64,000 nucleotides of DNA from Candidatus Zixiibacteriota bacterium. GTDB lineage: Bacteria > Zixibacteria > MSB-5A5 > GN15 > FEB-12. The position numbers and the translations under genes were made by a program. Below, in pieces: positions 26,053 to 35,729 of the stretch. Where the stretch lies: positions 303,976-367,975 of the forward strand of contig CP070777.1 of the NCBI GenBank assembly GCA_020346225.1, in the 5' to 3' direction. The notes beneath the pieces were generated by a model. That model was not told the origin of the DNA. It ran no database searches and saw only the letters and a list, made by a program, of their open reading frames with translations. Within the stretch, counting starts at the first letter, position 1; each line of letters begins with the position of its first letter.

Positions 26053-26563
26053 GAACTTTATCCGTCACGTCGTAAGTTTCCTTGATATAACCCAGGCCGC
26101 TCTGGAGAGTGAAGATGACATCGTAATCGCCTTCCAAAGCGACGGCTTCAATCGCCCGGTTGGCCTTCTCCAGCAGCGGTTCGAGCAGGGTTTTTTGTTT
26201 CTGCTCGGCCCGGCCGCCGGGACCGTAAATCTGGCGCGTGAAGGCATCCAGCGCCTCCCGCTTGGCCCGGATGGCGGCTTCCTTCTCGTTGCGCTTTTCG
26301 TCCGAGAGAATCAGTTTCTGCTTGTCGTACTCCTCGAGAAGCTCTTCGATCTCCTGCTGCTTGGCCACCGCCTCATCGTCCCAGGCCTTGAATTCCAGCT
26401 CCAGTTCCTCCTGGGCTCGCTGCCACGCTTTGTAGCTCTGCTGAATCACATCGTCTTTGACGAAACCGATTCGCAGGCCCTGGGCGTCGGTGGTGCCGAC
26501 CGCGATGGCCAGCAAAAACGCCACGATAAGTGTTACATATACGGTTCTTCTGATTCTGAACAT
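26024..26563 (-). CDS. skp: OmpH/Skp-family periplasmic chaperone
   Basis: Signal peptide, then a Lys/Glu-rich coiled-coil of ~170 aa, positioned between bamA and lpxD. Confidence 0.85.
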   Translation of the reverse strand: MFRIRRTVYVTLIVAFLLAIAVGTTDAQGLRIGFVKDDVIQQSYKAWQRAQEELELEFKAWDDEAVAKQQEIEELLEEYDKQKLILSDEKRNEKEAAIRAKREALDAFTRQIYGPGGRAEQKQKTLLEPLLEKANRAIEAVALEGDYDVIFTLQSGLGYIKETYDVTDKVLEYLEKQED

Positions 26564-26588
26564 GTCTGTCCCCTGAATCTTTATGTTG

Positions 26589-29066
26589 TTATCTGAATGT
26601 CGTGCCTATCTGAAAATGCGGTTTCCAGCCTAACTTGGAGCCTCTGATACTGTCAAAGGCATAGCCGAAGTCAAACCCCAGCGTACCTATACCCGGGACC
26701 ACGATTCTGAAGCCCAGACCCGCTCCCTTGTAAATGTCTCTGAAGGGCATTATGTCCCGTCGGTGCAACCACGAATTACCGGCGTCGTAAAACGCCAGCA
26801 GGTACACCTGCTGCTCTATCACCGGGAACTGCAGCTCCAGATTGCCCACCAGCATGTACTTACCGCGGACCCGCGTGGTCGCGACGCGAAAGAGCGTCTC
26901 GTCGGGCTCGTCCTCGCCGATCACCGCCGATGAATCGTAATAAACGAACACGGTGTCCGACTGCGTCACAATGGAATCGGGTGTGAGGATTCCGTCATCG
27001 TAGCCGCGGACGATGCCATCAAAGGCCGTTCCGCCCGGCGTGAACCTGTCCGAAAGCAGTATGCGGTCGTCGCCCGCCGGCGATGTCACGACCCCGTACT
27101 GCAGCTTTGCGGCCAGCGCAAACCTCCAGAAAAGCGGAAAGAACTTGGCAACCGATATGGTATGCTTCTGGTACTTCCAGAAACCGCCCATGATGCCGCC
27201 GGTATTCTCGAAGGTGTAGCTGACTTTGGAGCCCGAGGTGGCAAACTCCGGCAGGTTCCGGGAGTCGCGCACGATGGTAACGGCAATCCGGGAAGCCGTG
27301 TTCCACTGTTCGCCGTAGGTGAGCACCGAGCCGGGATAGGGGTTATCGAGATGGACCACTTCCGCCAGAAGAGAATCGTAGACGCCGTCATTTGCCCGGT
27401 CGTAATAGTGCAGTGCCTTGAAGGAATTATTCTCGCGAAAATCATCATCGTAGTCATAGTATCGCGCTCTTTCCAGGCGGTATGAAGTCAGCACCCGGAA
27501 GTAATTATCCGGCCAGCGCAGCCGTCGTCCCAGCCGGATCAGGCCGCCCTGGCGGCCTTCCGTATAATCGGTAAACCAGCGCCGGTTGAGCGTGTAGATA
27601 TCGGCGCCCATTAGGGTAGGACGTCCGAACAGCCAGGGCTCCGTAAACGAGATGGAGAAGGAATTGCGGCGACTGCCGAAATCCATGCTGAAGCCCAGGT
27701 TCTGGCCCATCCCGCGGAAATTCGGTATCCCCATGCTGAGGTTGCCGACTATCTTGTCCTGGCTGTTATAGCCGGCACCGGCTGAAATGGAGCCGGTCTG
27801 TTTCTCTTCGACGCGAAACTCAATGTCCACGTCGCCGCTCGGCAGGTTGATGGGTACCGGTTCGACATTGCCGAAAAAGTTCAGGGCCATGACATCCCGC
27901 ACCGAGCGTATCAGAAGGGCCCGGCTGAATTTCAGACCGGGAAGCATCGAAATCTCGCGCCGGATGACCTTGTCCTTGGTCTTGGTGTTACCCACGATGT
28001 TGACCAGGTTGACGTGCGACGGCAACCCTTCGCTGACTTCGTAGGTGATGTCTATGATCGAATCGCTGCGCGTGACCCGGTCATCGTACATGCGGATATT
28101 CAGATGCCCGATGTCATAATAAGCCGAGTAAATTTCTTCGATGGTCTTGTCGTACTTTTCCGAATCGAAAACCTCACCCTCGTCAAACTTGATGAGCCTG
28201 CGCAGCCTTTCCGTGCTCAACTCCTGATTCGATGCGAAGGCGACTTCACCGAAGTAGTACCGAGGACCCTCATAGACATCGAGGTAGATGGTCATGCGGT
28301 TCCGCGTGGTATCGATTGTCATCGAATCCGAGACGAGATAAGCGTCGATGTGCCCCTTCTTGTGGAACTCGTCGACGACCTTCTCCAGGTCTTCTTCATA
28401 CTTGTCCTTGGCAAAGTCGGAACTCTTCAGAAAACCCCGCTTGCGGTTACGCATCTTGCCGATTACCTCTTTGGCCGGCACGCGGACATTACCGGTCATG
28501 ACAACCTGCTCGACCTTGACTTTGGACTTCTCGTCGATGCGAAAGGTCAAAACCGCTTCCGCCGAATCGGTGCTGTACTCCAGCGAAGGTTGCACGGCCG
28601 CCTGGAAATAGCCCTTCTCGGCGTACATCTGCCTGATTTCGTTCTTCTTCCTCTGGATAAGATTGGGGGATATATAGCCGCCGACACCGAGCTTGAGATC
28701 TTCCTTCATTTTGTCGGTCTTGATCTTCTTGTTGCCTTCGAAGTTCAGACCGGCCAGTTTGGGAAGCTCTTCGACGACGATATAGACTTTGATGCCCCCC
28801 ATGACCTCTTCGGCCTCGATGCGAACGTCCGAGAAAATGCCCAGGCCGTAGAGACGCCGGATGGTTTCCGCTGTTACCACGGGAGTGAGAGGAGAGCCCC
28901 GGCTGACCGAAGACACCCCGAGTATGAGTGATTTGGATGCGACCCGGTTGCCTTCGACCTCGATGTCGACAACGTTGAAGCTTTGCTGGGCGGACGCCGC
29001 GCCGGCTCCGAGGAGCATCACGGCGACCAGTAGAGCTATCCATGCCCTGTGACGTGGCATCGTCAT
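26589..29066 (-). CDS. bamA: Outer membrane protein assembly factor BamA
   Basis: Signal peptide, POTRA repeats, C-terminal 16-strand-type barrel ending in ...FQIGTTFR. Confidence 0.92.
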   Translation of the reverse strand: MTMPRHRAWIALLVAVMLLGAGAASAQQSFNVVDIEVEGNRVASKSLILGVSSVSRGSPLTPVVTAETIRRLYGLGIFSDVRIEAEEVMGGIKVYIVVEELPKLAGLNFEGNKKIKTDKMKEDLKLGVGGYISPNLIQRKKNEIRQMYAEKGYFQAAVQPSLEYSTDSAEAVLTFRIDEKSKVKVEQVVMTGNVRVPAKEVIGKMRNRKRGFLKSSDFAKDKYEEDLEKVVDEFHKKGHIDAYLVSDSMTIDTTRNRMTIYLDVYEGPRYYFGEVAFASNQELSTERLRRLIKFDEGEVFDSEKYDKTIEEIYSAYYDIGHLNIRMYDDRVTRSDSIIDITYEVSEGLPSHVNLVNIVGNTKTKDKVIRREISMLPGLKFSRALLIRSVRDVMALNFFGNVEPVPINLPSGDVDIEFRVEEKQTGSISAGAGYNSQDKIVGNLSMGIPNFRGMGQNLGFSMDFGSRRNSFSISFTEPWLFGRPTLMGADIYTLNRRWFTDYTEGRQGGLIRLGRRLRWPDNYFRVLTSYRLERARYYDYDDDFRENNSFKALHYYDRANDGVYDSLLAEVVHLDNPYPGSVLTYGEQWNTASRIAVTIVRDSRNLPEFATSGSKVSYTFENTGGIMGGFWKYQKHTISVAKFFPLFWRFALAAKLQYGVVTSPAGDDRILLSDRFTPGGTAFDGIVRGYDDGILTPDSIVTQSDTVFVYYDSSAVIGEDEPDETLFRVATTRVRGKYMLVGNLELQFPVIEQQVYLLAFYDAGNSWLHRRDIMPFRDIYKGAGLGFRIVVPGIGTLGFDFGYAFDSIRGSKLGWKPHFQIGTTFR

Positions 29067-29073
29067 TCCTGAA

Positions 29074-29394
29074 TTAGCTTTTCGGTGGCACGATCTTGTC
29101 TATTTTTATCTCGCTGTAGTCCTGGCGGTGCCCTTGGCGTCGACGATACTTCGTGCGGCGCTTATACTTGTAAACCTGGACTTTGTCACCCTGGCCGTGG
29201 CCGAGCACCTCCGCTTCCACTACGGCATTGTCCAGATAAGGTTTCCCGACCTTAGTTTCGCCGTTGGTTTTGACCAGCAGCACGTCCGTAATACTGATTC
29301 TGTTGCCCTGTTCAACCTCCTGGAGAGGCACCTTCAGAACATCCCCTTCCGAAGCGGAAAACTGCATTCCGGCCAGCTCGAAAACCGCGTACAT
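29074..29394 (-). CDS. rplU: 50S ribosomal protein L21
   Basis: MYAVFELAGMQF... ATG 29394 preceded by GGAGGA. The ORF-track start at 29406 is TTG inside the SD. Confidence 0.92.
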   Translation of the reverse strand: MYAVFELAGMQFSASEGDVLKVPLQEVEQGNRISITDVLLVKTNGETKVGKPYLDNAVVEAEVLGHGQGDKVQVYKYKRRTKYRRRQGHRQDYSEIKIDKIVPPKS

Positions 29395-29582
29395 CGTATC
29401 CTCCAACTAATCGAAATTATTTTCAGCCTTACACTTAAGCTGTAAAAGGTAACAAATCCACCACCCAAGTCAAGGCAATTTTTCCGCGACCGAATCTGTC
29501 ATCCGCGGCCGCAAATGCCGGAATCATCACCTTATACATGCTCTGCCGATCAATCGCACCAAAATTCATCGGCCAAATATGA

Positions 29583-29611
29583 TTGCTCCCGTTGTTTCAG
29601 CCGGCTATATT
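29583..29611 (+). promoter_or_regulatory. Possible promoter for uvrB
   Basis: TTGCTC (29583-29588), 17-nt spacer, TATATT (29606-29611). 30 nt before the uvrB ATG. Confidence 0.35.
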
Positions 29612-29640
29612 AACTGGCTGAGCCAAAAGCAGGCAGCGAA

Positions 29641-31680
29641 ATGGCAAAGAAAACGGCGTTAACACACACGGAAACGACGGGGCTGTTTGAACTTCACTCC
29701 AGTTTCACCCCCACCGGGGACCAGCCGCAGGCCATTGCTCAACTCGTGGAAGGCCTGAACGGCAACCGCCGCTACCAGACTCTGCTCGGCGTCACCGGGT
29801 CGGGCAAAACATTCACCATCGCCAACGTTATTGCCCGCATCGGCCGGCCGACGCTGGTCATTTCCCACAACAAGACTCTGGCGGCCCAGCTCTACGGAGA
29901 ACTCAAGGCCTTTTTTCCGAAGAACGCCGTCGAGTTCTTCATCAGTTACTACGATTACTATCAACCGGAAGCCTACCTGCCCACCACGGACACCTATATC
30001 GAGAAAGACACTTCGATCAACGACGATATCGACCGTCTCCGCCTGAGGGCCACGGCCTCGCTGCTGGATAGGGAGGATGTTATAATCGTAGCCTCGGTGT
30101 CGTGTATCTACGGTCTGGGTTCGCCGGACGAATACAAAAGACAATTCGTGTTCATCGAGAAAGGCACCGAGAGAGACCGCGATGAGGTCATCCGTCAATT
30201 AATCTCTATCCACTACAATCGCAATGACGTCTCCTTTACCCGCGGCAACTTCCGCGTCCGTGGTGATACCATCGAATTGATCCCCGCCTACCACGAAAAC
30301 GCTTTCCGAATCGAGTTCTTCGGCGACGATATCGACCGTATCACCGAGATAGATCTCCTGACCGGTGAGATCATAAAAGAGCGCCGCCGCCTGGCCGTTT
30401 ATCCGGCCAAACACTTTGTTACCACTGAGCCCCAGCTGGAGAGGGCTATCGCTGACATCAAGGTCGAGCTCAAGGAATCGGTCGAGCACTTCGTGGCGGA
30501 GAACAAACTTCTCGAGGCGCAGCGCATCGAAATGCGCACCAAGTATGATCTGGAAATGCTCCAGGAGGTCGGCTACTGCAGCGGCATTGAAAACTACTCC
30601 CGCCATCTCACCGGCCGCAAAGCCGGCGAAAGACCGTTCACCCTGGTCGACTTTTTCCCGGACGGTTTTCTGACTATAATCGACGAATCCCACCAGACCG
30701 TACCCCAGCTCAGGGCCATGTATGCAGGGGACCGGAGCCGCAAGGAAACGCTGGTCGCCCACGGTTTCCGGCTGCCCTCGGCTCTGGATAACCGGCCGCT
30801 CTTTCTCGAAGAATTCGACGCCCTCTCCCAGCGCACCATTTTCGTTTCGGCCACTCCGGCCGAGTACGAGCTGGAGAAATGCGAAGGAGTGGTGGTCGAT
30901 CAGGTAATCCGTCCGACCGGCCTGCTGGACCCCAGGATCAGCGTCAAGCCGTTGTCGACGCAGGTGGATGACCTCCTCCAGCAGGTGAGACTCCGGCAGT
31001 CCCGAAAGGAGCGTACCCTGGTCACCACCCTCACCAAGCGCATGGCCGAAGACCTCACCGAGTATATGAAGAAGATGGGCGTTAGAATTCGCTATCTGCA
31101 TAGCGAAATTGACGCCATCGACCGCACCGAGATAATTCGCGATCTCCGTCTGGCCGAATTCGATGTCCTCGTCGGGGTAAATCTTTTGCGCGAAGGGCTG
31201 GACCTGCCCGAAGTGTCCCTGGTGGCCATTCTTGACGCCGACAAGGAGGGCTTTCTGCGCTCCGAGCGGTCGCTCATCCAGACCGTCGGTCGCGCCGCCC
31301 GGAACAAGAACGGCGAGGTTATTCTTTACGCCGACAAAATCACTGAATCCATGCGCCGGGCCATCGACGAAACCGAGCGGCGTCGCCGGAAGCAACTGGA
31401 ATACAACAGGAAACACAATATCGACCCCGAGACAATTTTCAAGACCCGTGAGGAGATCCTGCGATCCACCCAGTTTGCCGATGCCCGGACGGTTGAAGAA
31501 AAAACTTTCGAAAAACCGGCCCATTTTGATACCATGCGCAAAGAGGACCAGGTGGCTTTTATGCTTAAAGCCATGAAACAGGCCGCCGACAACCTCGATT
31601 TCGAAACGGCCATGCTCATCCGCGACGAGATTAAGGAGCTGAAGGCCGAGCTGAAAAAAGGAAAAAACAAAAAGAAATAG
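29641..31680 (+). CDS. uvrB: Excinuclease ABC subunit B
   Basis: GVTGSGKT Walker A, DESH box, helicase motifs, C-terminal UVR domain ([15 protein letters not shown]). Confidence 0.95.
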   Translation: MAKKTALTHTETTGLFELHSSFTPTGDQPQAIAQLVEGLNGNRRYQTLLGVTGSGKTFTIANVIARIGRPTLVISHNKTLAAQLYGELKAFFPKNAVEFFISYYDYYQPEAYLPTTDTYIEKDTSINDDIDRLRLRATASLLDREDVIIVASVSCIYGLGSPDEYKRQFVFIEKGTERDRDEVIRQLISIHYNRNDVSFTRGNFRVRGDTIELIPAYHENAFRIEFFGDDIDRITEIDLLTGEIIKERRRLAVYPAKHFVTTEPQLERAIADIKVELKESVEHFVAENKLLEAQRIEMRTKYDLEMLQEVGYCSGIENYSRHLTGRKAGERPFTLVDFFPDGFLTIIDESHQTVPQLRAMYAGDRSRKETLVAHGFRLPSALDNRPLFLEEFDALSQRTIFVSATPAEYELEKCEGVVVDQVIRPTGLLDPRISVKPLSTQVDDLLQQVRLRQSRKERTLVTTLTKRMAEDLTEYMKKMGVRIRYLHSEIDAIDRTEIIRDLRLAEFDVLVGVNLLREGLDLPEVSLVAILDADKEGFLRSERSLIQTVGRAARNKNGEVILYADKITESMRRAIDETERRRRKQLEYNRKHNIDPETIFKTREEILRSTQFADARTVEEKTFEKPAHFDTMRKEDQVAFMLKAMKQAADNLDFETAMLIRDEIKELKAELKKGKNKKK

Positions 31681-31708
31681 TCAAACGTCACTGCACCATA
31701 GACAACCT

Positions 31709-32716
31709 ATGAGTAAATCAAGCTTGATTAAGTACCTCGCCGCCGCCGCGGCTTTCTCTCTGGGCCTTTTCGCCTGTGAGGAAATCGACGTCCCCTACGT
31801 GATAGACGAAGAAGAGATCATGCGCTACATCGTTGAGTCCGATGTCGGCGTAGAACTTTTCCGCACCGACAGCCTTCTGCCGTCCAATCCCTACGTAATA
31901 CCGGACGACCCCGACGCTTTCTATGTGGACCGCGTGGATTCCGTCACTCGCATCTATGACATCTACATTCTGGTCGATAATTTCGGTTCGGAAGACCGCG
32001 AGTACATCCAGGATTTCGGCCCGCCCATCGGCGTGACCAGAGGTGCCGAGGCTACCGTTACCGATAACTTCTATATCCGCACTATCCGCTATGAGGGTGG
32101 CGACTCGACCGTTTATCACATGGTAAGGCCGGTCATCAGGTATGGCTTCTTCGTGAAACTCGGTGATGACAACCAGGCCTTCAGAGGCTGGCTCTTGATG
32201 GCTTTCAGCGGCGGCGGGCCGTTCGCACGCCAGAGCTGGCTGGGAACTTCCCGCGTACAGGGGATTCGTCCCGACAACACGACCTTTCCCGCTGACAGCG
32301 TCACTTACTATGACATTCCCTTTCTCATGATCGATATCACCAACAGGCCCTGGGATACGCTCGAAAACTACTTAGGCAGGACCAGGTTCTCCTATCTGTG
32401 GCTGAACGGAGATCCGCAGGTGACCAGAATTGACGATGGCGCGCAGTTGCGGTTCCGGGTGACCGAGCTGGGCGACTCCACTCTCTTCTACACGCTTGCC
32501 GGGGAGACCACGGGCGATTTTGCGGTCAGTGTTCTGCAACCCGATTCGGATTCCCTGCCCGTTGCTTCCATAAGCACGCCCTCGGATAATTCGCGGCCGT
32601 GGAATGTCGTTTACCTTCAGGAGTTCTGCGTCCCCTCGGGCAGCCCCGTCACCTTCACCTCCATAAACGCTCTCGAGATAAAAGGGTGGTGCGTGCCCTA
32701 CCGCGTCGGTGACTGA
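31709..32716 (+). CDS. Hypothetical lipoprotein (335 aa)
   Basis: Lipobox SLGLFAC. No family recognised. Confidence 0.6.
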   Translation: MSKSSLIKYLAAAAAFSLGLFACEEIDVPYVIDEEEIMRYIVESDVGVELFRTDSLLPSNPYVIPDDPDAFYVDRVDSVTRIYDIYILVDNFGSEDREYIQDFGPPIGVTRGAEATVTDNFYIRTIRYEGGDSTVYHMVRPVIRYGFFVKLGDDNQAFRGWLLMAFSGGGPFARQSWLGTSRVQGIRPDNTTFPADSVTYYDIPFLMIDITNRPWDTLENYLGRTRFSYLWLNGDPQVTRIDDGAQLRFRVTELGDSTLFYTLAGETTGDFAVSVLQPDSDSLPVASISTPSDNSRPWNVVYLQEFCVPSGSPVTFTSINALEIKGWCVPYRVGD

Positions 32717-32821
32717 CACCGCGCCGCTGTTTTTGCCATTCCTTTTTTGGTTGAATATGTGGGGCGGAATTTAGTAAGTTATAGCACAATCCTCAGGCAG
32801 AAAAATAACCAAGGAGGTCTT

Positions 32822-33631
32822 ATGTCGAGAAAGTATTCCCGCTATTTGCCGCTGCTGATCATTATCGCCCTGTCGCTTAATTTCGTGGGGTGCGGCACCC
32901 AGGTTCCCTCGGGCCATCGCGGTGTCTTCTACTACAAGTTCGGCGATGGCACCGAGATGGGCAAGATTTATCGCGAGGGTTTCGCCTGGCATCTGCCCTG
33001 GAACAGCATGTTCGTTTACAAGACCCAGCTGCAGGAGCGCAAGGAGGACCTGACGGTTCTTTCGTCCGACGGCGCGACCATCAACATGGAAGTGTCCATT
33101 CTGTATCGGCCCATGACCGGCAAGCTCGACTCCCTGCAGATTGAAGTGGGTCCCCGATATTACGATGTCGCTGTTGCACCGAGTATAAGGGGCATCGCTC
33201 GCGGCATTGCCGGTCGCTACAAACCGGAGGAGATATATTCCACCAAGCGCGAGCAGCTCAACACGGAAATTCTTACGGAGCTGCAGGAGGCCATGCAGGC
33301 CAAGTACATCATAATCGAGAAAGTGCTGGTGCGCGATGTGAAGATTCCCGCCAAGATATCGGAGGCTATTAACTTTAAGCTCACCGCCGACCAGGAAGCC
33401 CAGAAGATGCAGTTCACCATCGAAAAGGAAAGGCTCGAGGCCGAGCGAAAGCGAATCGAGGCCCAGGGCATCGCCGACTTCCAGAAGATAGTCTCGGCCG
33501 GCATCACGCCCTCGCTGCTCAAATGGAAGGGTATCGAAGCTACTCTGAAAATAGCTGAGTCGCCCAACACCAAAGTCGTTATCGTCGGCAACGACGCGGG
33601 CAGCCTGCCCATCATCCTCGGCGGCCAGTAA
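32822..33631 (+). CDS. SPFH/band-7 (prohibitin/HflC-like) lipoprotein
   Basis: ATG 32822 preceded by AAGGAGG. Lipobox NFVGC. SPFH core followed by a coiled-coil (QEAQKMQFTIEKERLEAERKRIEAQGIADFQ). Confidence 0.88.
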   Translation: MSRKYSRYLPLLIIIALSLNFVGCGTQVPSGHRGVFYYKFGDGTEMGKIYREGFAWHLPWNSMFVYKTQLQERKEDLTVLSSDGATINMEVSILYRPMTGKLDSLQIEVGPRYYDVAVAPSIRGIARGIAGRYKPEEIYSTKREQLNTEILTELQEAMQAKYIIIEKVLVRDVKIPAKISEAINFKLTADQEAQKMQFTIEKERLEAERKRIEAQGIADFQKIVSAGITPSLLKWKGIEATLKIAESPNTKVVIVGNDAGSLPIILGGQ

Positions 33632-33670
33632 CGTCGGGCGTCTTTGTCTCACAGAAACTCTGATTGATTC

Positions 33671-33705
33671 GGCCGGGGCACCCTTGGGTAGCCCCGGCCT
33701 TCTTC
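33671..33705 (+). terminator. Intrinsic terminator after the SPFH gene
   Basis: GGCCGGGGC (33671-33679) pairs with GCCCCGGCC (33691-33699), followed by TTCTTCTT. Confidence 0.6.
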
Positions 33706-33734
33706 TTGACACAACGTGGAGGCGATGGTATATT
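33706..33734 (+). promoter_or_regulatory. Near-consensus sigma70-type promoter
   Basis: TTGACA (33706-33711), 17-nt spacer, TATATT (33729-33734). Confidence 0.5.
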
Positions 33735-33832
33735 TAGGACGAACCTCACCGTCTTGATGCGAACCCTCACGGATCACGCTGTCTTGTCGTTCCCGGCGGG
33801 CAGTGTCAGGCAGCCCGTTTCAAAAGGATGTT

Positions 33833-34477
33833 ATGGCCCAGCGGCTATACCGCATTGTGACAATCATTACCGCGATTGTCGTCCTGGTATTGTTCGGCTG
33901 TGATTGTTCCACCGATAATCCGTCCGGACCGCAGGCGCCGGTGGTGACCGGGACGGCCAAGAGTGTTTCCGGCCTCGATGCCGGCTCCGGCGGTGGCGGG
34001 CCGCGCAAGAATCTGGTCCACAACCCCGGCTTTGAATCCGGTTTCGCCCTGTGGCATCCGGTGTTCTATGCTCACGGCTGGAGTGTGTCCGGCTACAACC
34101 CGCACGGCGGCGACTCCTGTATGACCTTTACTTTTCCCGACGATGCCGGTTTCTACAGCGCCGCCATAGAAACCGATCCGTATTTTATGTTCATAGAGCA
34201 GGACGTTGCCTATCGCTTTTCGTTCTGGCTCCGTGAAAGATACACGCACAAACCGGGGCACCCCGATTTATCCATAGTCGGCTGCTGCGTTAAAGTGAAC
34301 GGCAACTGTTACTCCAACCACCCGCTCATCTTCCCTTCCCAGGACTGGCAGTTTGTAAACGAAACGATGATCTTCCCCGAAAGCGGTCAGGCGGCGGTTC
34401 ACTTCCGTGTCTATGGTTATGCCACTTCGGCGGGCGCCGAATTCGCCCTGGATGATATCGTCCTTATGAAAAAGTAG
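33833..34477 (+). CDS. Lipoprotein with a CBM4/9-like jelly-roll carbohydrate-binding-type domain
   Basis: ATG 33833. Lipobox VLFGC. LVHNPGFESG..W start and FALDDIVLMK end, typical of CBM_4_9-type beta-sandwiches. Confidence 0.68.
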   Translation: MAQRLYRIVTIITAIVVLVLFGCDCSTDNPSGPQAPVVTGTAKSVSGLDAGSGGGGPRKNLVHNPGFESGFALWHPVFYAHGWSVSGYNPHGGDSCMTFTFPDDAGFYSAAIETDPYFMFIEQDVAYRFSFWLRERYTHKPGHPDLSIVGCCVKVNGNCYSNHPLIFPSQDWQFVNETMIFPESGQAAVHFRVYGYATSAGAEFALDDIVLMKK

Positions 34478-34610
34478 CGGGCAACCCGATACTCCTCGCT
34501 CGGAGAGGCGCCGTTGAACCACGCGGCTGCCGGCAGCAGCTTACTGGATGAATATAGTCCTCTATTCCCCGGTCAGTCGGGATTTGTTGGTGCAACTGGG
34601 GCGATTTCTC

Positions 34611-34639
34611 TTGACAGTTATCTGCGAAAATCCTACGAT
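34611..34639 (+). promoter_or_regulatory. Sigma70-type promoter
   Basis: TTGACA (34611-34616), 17-nt spacer, TACGAT (34634-34639). Confidence 0.45.
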
Positions 34640-34819
34640 TAAGTGAAAGGCGAATTAGTCGCTGACCGCATTGCCTTGCTCTCACGAGCGGGAGGATTTT
34701 CTACACGACAAGGCGGCATGCTATCTGCTGGTTCAGGGGGTGCATCACAACGATTGAAGCACCGTATCACGTACTCCCGAGGCAGTTTGTTTATTAAACT
34801 CCGAGCAAGGGAGGATTCC

Positions 34820-35578
34820 GTGAGACGCATTTTAACCTGTCTTATGGTCGTTTCGGCGGCAGCCTTGATAGGCACCGGCTGCTCCCGGGACAGCTCTACC
34901 GGCCCCGACGATTTTGCCAACGGTCGAGCCACTGCGGTTCAACAGTCACTGGTCACCGGGATAGACTACTTCGACGTCGGCTACCCGTACGTCGCCTGGC
35001 AAGATGGCTTCGAAACATACACCGTCGGTACCTGGCCGCCGACCTTCAAGGCCGACGGCAACGCTCCAGTCCCGCCCAACGGTATCGTCAATGATGTTTT
35101 TTATGAAGGGGCTCAGAGCCTCCGACTCTACGGAGTGGTTGGCGGCTGTTGGGCCGGGTGTGCTTACCGTGCCCTTACCGTATCACCGCCGTACGAAGTC
35201 AAGGTGGCCGTTTACAACGGTAATGAACCGCTCTCGAGTTCGTGTCAGCCGGCTCGCGGCCACGTGGGCATTTTGGCCGGCACCAACTGGTGGGATCCCT
35301 GGCGAACCTTTGTTTATTTTAACCGTTACGGCGAAATTATCAGCAGCGGCGGTGAGGTGCTCGGTACCTACAACAGCCTGGAATGGTACCTGCTGAGGAT
35401 ACGGTATGAACGTATCGATGAGGGTAATGTGCGCCTCAGGTACTGGGTCAACAACAGGTACATACTGTCTGAAACGCTGCCTGTTCGCACCGAGGAAGAT
35501 AACATGGTAACCCTGACATTCGAGGCCCTGGAAGGAAGCGCCTGGTTCGATGCGGCCGAGGTGCGTGACCGCCACTGA
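34820..35578 (+). CDS. Lipoprotein with a LamG/concanavalin-like jelly-roll domain
   Basis: GTG 34820, 5 nt after GGGAGGA. Lipobox LIGTGC. DGFE..W, GAQSLRLYG and SAWFDAAEV pattern. The ORF-track start at 34643 adds an implausible 59-aa extension before the signal peptide. Confidence 0.62.
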   Translation: MRRILTCLMVVSAAALIGTGCSRDSSTGPDDFANGRATAVQQSLVTGIDYFDVGYPYVAWQDGFETYTVGTWPPTFKADGNAPVPPNGIVNDVFYEGAQSLRLYGVVGGCWAGCAYRALTVSPPYEVKVAVYNGNEPLSSSCQPARGHVGILAGTNWWDPWRTFVYFNRYGEIISSGGEVLGTYNSLEWYLLRIRYERIDEGNVRLRYWVNNRYILSETLPVRTEEDNMVTLTFEALEGSAWFDAAEVRDRH

Positions 35579-35631
35579 GTCAGGCCCCGGCCGTCAAACT
35601 GCCCTTCTCGCTGCACGGGCAACTAACGACA

Positions 35632-35659
35632 ACAGGGGTTCAGATACCTGAACCCCTGT
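35632..35659. terminator. Perfect 12-bp hairpin between convergent genes
   Basis: ACAGGGGTTCAG (35632-35643), loop ATAC, CTGAACCCCTGT (35648-35659). No strong U-tract on either side. Confidence 0.5.
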
Positions 35660-35729
35660 GCGATAAATAGAAACCTCAATCGACCGTTATGTCCCGTCAG
35701 AACCCGGTCGGCGCCGGTATCATTCGCGT

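Noticed and set aside
30199-31524. 441-aa minus-strand ORF antisense to uvrB
   Set aside because: It lies inside the unambiguous uvrB gene and its composition is low-information. It is a GC-driven shadow ORF.
34526-34537. Perfect 12-bp palindrome GCTGCCGGCAGC after the CBM-like lipoprotein gene
   Set aside because: It could be a protein-binding site or a weak hairpin, but it is a single occurrence with no partner half-sites or U-tract. Evidence is insufficient.
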